64,000 nt of DNA, taken from NCBI GenBank assembly GCA_035516155.1, contig DATJAP010000016.1, positions 72,426 through 136,425 of the forward strand, in the 5' to 3' direction. The first letter of the stretch is position 1, and each line of letters begins with the position of its first letter. Position numbers and translations under genes: made by a program. Origin of the DNA: Nitrospirota bacterium. GTDB lineage: Bacteria > Nitrospirota > UBA9217. The notes under the pieces are model-generated. The model was not told the origin of the DNA and made no database searches. It saw only the letters and a list, made by a program, of their open reading frames with translations. Below, one piece after another: positions 61,861-64,000 of the stretch.

Positions 61861-62614
61861 GGCTGATGACCTCCTTCGCAAGTTCGAGATAACTCTGGGC
61901 GCCGCGAGACCGGATGTCGTACAGCAGCACCGGCTTTCCGTGGCTCGGCGCTTCGGAGAGGGCCACGTTTCGATGAATGATTGTCGTGTATACCTTGGAC
62001 CCGAAGTATTTACGCACTTCCTGCGCAACCTGCTCGGCAAGGTTGTTCCTGCTGTCGTACATCGTGAGAAGCACGCCTTCGATGATAAGGTCGGGGTTCA
62101 GGTCCTGCTTGATGAGCGTGATGGTATTCGTGAGTGCCGACAGGCCTTCGAGTGCATAATACTCGCATTGCACCGGAATGAGAACCCCGTCCGCGGCAGT
62201 CAGTGCGTTGACGGTGAGGAGGCCGAGCGACGGCGGGCAATCGATAAGAACGTACTCGTAATCCTTTTTGGCTTCCGCGAGCGCTTTCTTCAGGACCCGC
62301 TCGCGGGAGATCATCTGGATGAGCTCAACTTCGACGCCCACCAGGTCAATTTTCGCCGGAATCACCTCGAGCCAGGGAAAGTGCGTCGATTTTTTAATTT
62401 CTGCGATTGCTTTTTTGCCGGTGAAAAGATCATAGGTGCTGCCGGTTATCTCGTTCCGTTCGATGCCCATCCCGCTTGTGGAATTGCCTTGGGGGTCACA
62501 GTCGACAAGGAGCACTTTTTTTTCCGCTGCCGCGAGTGATGCCGCGATGTTCACGGTGGTTGTGGTTTTCCCTACGCCGCCTTTCTGATTGGCAATTGCA
62601 ATAACTCTTCCCAT
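61838..62614 (-). CDS. parA: chromosome partitioning ATPase ParA/Soj
   Basis: 258 aa. MGRVIAIANQKGGVGKTTT deviant Walker A, and ...DCPPSLG.... Confidence 0.93.
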   Translation of the reverse strand: MGRVIAIANQKGGVGKTTTTVNIAASLAAAEKKVLLVDCDPQGNSTSGMGIERNEITGSTYDLFTGKKAIAEIKKSTHFPWLEVIPAKIDLVGVEVELIQMISRERVLKKALAEAKKDYEYVLIDCPPSLGLLTVNALTAADGVLIPVQCEYYALEGLSALTNTITLIKQDLNPDLIIEGVLLTMYDSRNNLAEQVAQEVRKYFGSKVYTTIIHRNVALSEAPSHGKPVLLYDIRSRGAQSYLELAKEVISHAKAGAR

Positions 62615-62739
62615 GCTTTTTCAGGACCCTCCGGTCATCGGTTCACAATCGTACTAATTTACCATAGGATGGTGATAAAAGGAAGAAAAAATAAAGAAAC
62701 GGGGAATAGCGGAATTGTCAGTGATGCCATCTGGGGAGA

Positions 62740-62755
62740 TGTTCCACGTGGAACA
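62740..62755. other. parS centromere-like site
   Basis: Perfect 16-bp palindrome TGTTCCACGTGGAACA (consensus tGTTNCACGTGNAACa), 126 nt upstream of the parA start. Confidence 0.8.
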
Positions 62756-62764
62756 TTCAAGGAC

Positions 62765-62795
62765 AAAAAAAGCAGGACGGACTATTCCGTCCTGC
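62765..62795 (-). terminator. rho-independent terminator after hcp
   Basis: 10-bp stem GCAGGACGGA / TCCGTCCTGC (62772-62781 / 62786-62795) with a 4-nt loop. A run of 7 T follows on the minus strand. Confidence 0.85.
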
Positions 62796-62817
62796 TGAAC
62801 AAAAGGGATAATTAAAT

Positions 62818-64000
62818 TTATGCGGTCACTTCATCAGCGGCCAGGCACTCAGCTTTCGTTTTAGACCAGCAGGGTCCGAGCATTTCTTCTAGGTCGGCCT
62901 CGGGAGCTTCACCAATGGGCCTGATGCCGAAGTTCTTCACGAGTATCTCAAGCACAGTGGGCGTGATGAAAGCCGGGAGCGTGGGCCCGAGTCGAATATC
63001 CTTGATGCCCAGATGGAGCAGGCTGAGAAGAATCGCCACGGCTTTCTGCTCATACCACGAGAGAACGAGCGACAGCGGCAGGTCGTTCACCCCGATATTG
63101 AAGGCCTTTGATAGGGCCACGGCGATCTGAATGGCTGAATAGGCATCGTTGCACTGGCCGATATCGAGGAGGCGCGGAATGCCTCCTACATCTCCCAGCT
63201 CCTTGTCAAAAAACCGGAATTTGCCGCAGGCCAGGGTCAATACGATTGTATCTTTCGGCGTTTTTTCAACAAACTCGGTATAGTAATTACGGCCCGGCTT
63301 TGCACCGTCGCAGCCACCGACCAGGAAGAAATGCCGAATCTTCCCTTCCTTTACAGCAGCGATTACCTTGTCCGCCACGCCGAGAACAGAGTTCCGCGCG
63401 AACCCTGCCATGACCTCTTTTCCCGGCGTATCTGCCGTGAAGCCGCGTAGAGACAGGGCCTTCTCAATGACTGGCATGAAGTTACCATCTGTTATGTGAA
63501 CGACATCGGGCCAGCCCACCAAGCCGCAGGTGAAGAGGTTGTCCCTGTATGATGCCAATGGCTTCTGGATACAGTTGGTGGTCATCACGATCGCCCCGGG
63601 AAAGCGTGCGAACTCCTTATGCTGGTTCTGCCAGGCCGTACCATAATGCCCGTAAAAGTGAGCATATTTCTTCAAGCCGGGATAACCATGGGCCGGGAGC
63701 ATTTCACCGTGAGTATAAATATTGATTCCCTTGCCCTCACTCTGCTTCAATATCGTCTCGAGATCCTTTAAGTCGTGGCCGGAGACGAGAATGGCTTTCC
63801 CCTTTTTTGTGCCGAGCGGAACCCTGGTCGGCACCGGGTGACCATAAGCACCCGTGTTGGCTCCATCAAGAATCTCCATGGTCTTGAGATTGACTTCGCC
63901 GCATTTGAGTACGAGGCCGATCCATTCATTCAAACCCCTCTCGGTCCCGGTCATGGCAGCGAGGGCTTCGGACATGAAAGCGTAGATTGAATCATCTGTT
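62818..64000 (-). CDS. hcp: hydroxylamine reductase / hybrid-cluster protein (5' end outside the window)
   Basis: The frame stays open to the window edge upstream of M63975. ...GHDLKDLE...THGEMLPAHGYP...MTTNCIQ...GGCDGA...LGIKDIRLGPTLPAF... is typical of the Hcp C-terminal two thirds. Confidence 0.88.
   Translation of the reverse strand, partial: TDDSIYAFMSEALAAMTGTERGLNEWIGLVLKCGEVNLKTMEILDGANTGAYGHPVPTRVPLGTKKGKAILVSGHDLKDLETILKQSEGKGINIYTHGEMLPAHGYPGLKKYAHFYGHYGTAWQNQHKEFARFPGAIVMTTNCIQKPLASYRDNLFTCGLVGWPDVVHITDGNFMPVIEKALSLRGFTADTPGKEVMAGFARNSVLGVADKVIAAVKEGKIRHFFLVGGCDGAKPGRNYYTEFVEKTPKDTIVLTLACGKFRFFDKELGDVGGIPRLLDIGQCNDAYSAIQIAVALSKAFNIGVNDLPLSLVLSWYEQKAVAILLSLLHLGIKDIRLGPTLPAFITPTVLEILVKNFGIRPIGEAPEADLEEMLGPCWSKTKAECLAADEVTA

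Overview
This 64-kb window is an origin-proximal stretch of a bacterial chromosome. The gene content points to an anaerobic deltaproteobacterium-like organism (Desulfobacterota/Myxococcota-type): MglA/MglB, a bactofilin next to parAB, a four-subunit 2-oxoacid:ferredoxin oxidoreductase, Hcp and TusA/DsrE. This lineage call is an inference.

The core replication and translation landmarks are clear:
- dnaA-dnaN-gyrB-gyrA on the minus strand.
- An AT-rich dnaA upstream region with a converging pair of DnaA boxes.
- rpmH-rnpA-yidD-yidC on the plus strand; rpmH is absent from the ORF track.
- ffs-dnaX-ybaB-recR.
- serS followed by all four tRNA-Ser isoacceptors, and tRNA-Arg(ACG) followed by tadA.
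- parA-parB-bactofilin with a perfect parS palindrome.
- purL, and a partial hcp at the right edge.

Positions 16.7-24.6 kb are a compositionally mosaic accessory stretch ending at the 3' end of tRNA-Asn. It holds an orphan DUF4145-like gene, about 1 kb without a credible ORF, an ICMT-like methyltransferase, a predicted selenoprotein, a GC-rich twice-frameshifted nitronate monooxygenase pseudogene, a hypothetical two-gene module and vapBC.

The two best leads are:
- An in-frame UGA with a SECIS-like hairpin fuses two ORF-track entries into one exported U-G-S-C protein (19120-20856).
- A cstA / 96-aa protein / two ArsA(Get3)-like ATPase operon with no arsenic-resistance context (12602-16722).

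I found no CRISPR array, transposase, integrase or recognisable defence system. All start codons, RNA ends and motif calls were made by eye without tools. Family names come from remembered sequence patterns and need HMM/BLAST confirmation.
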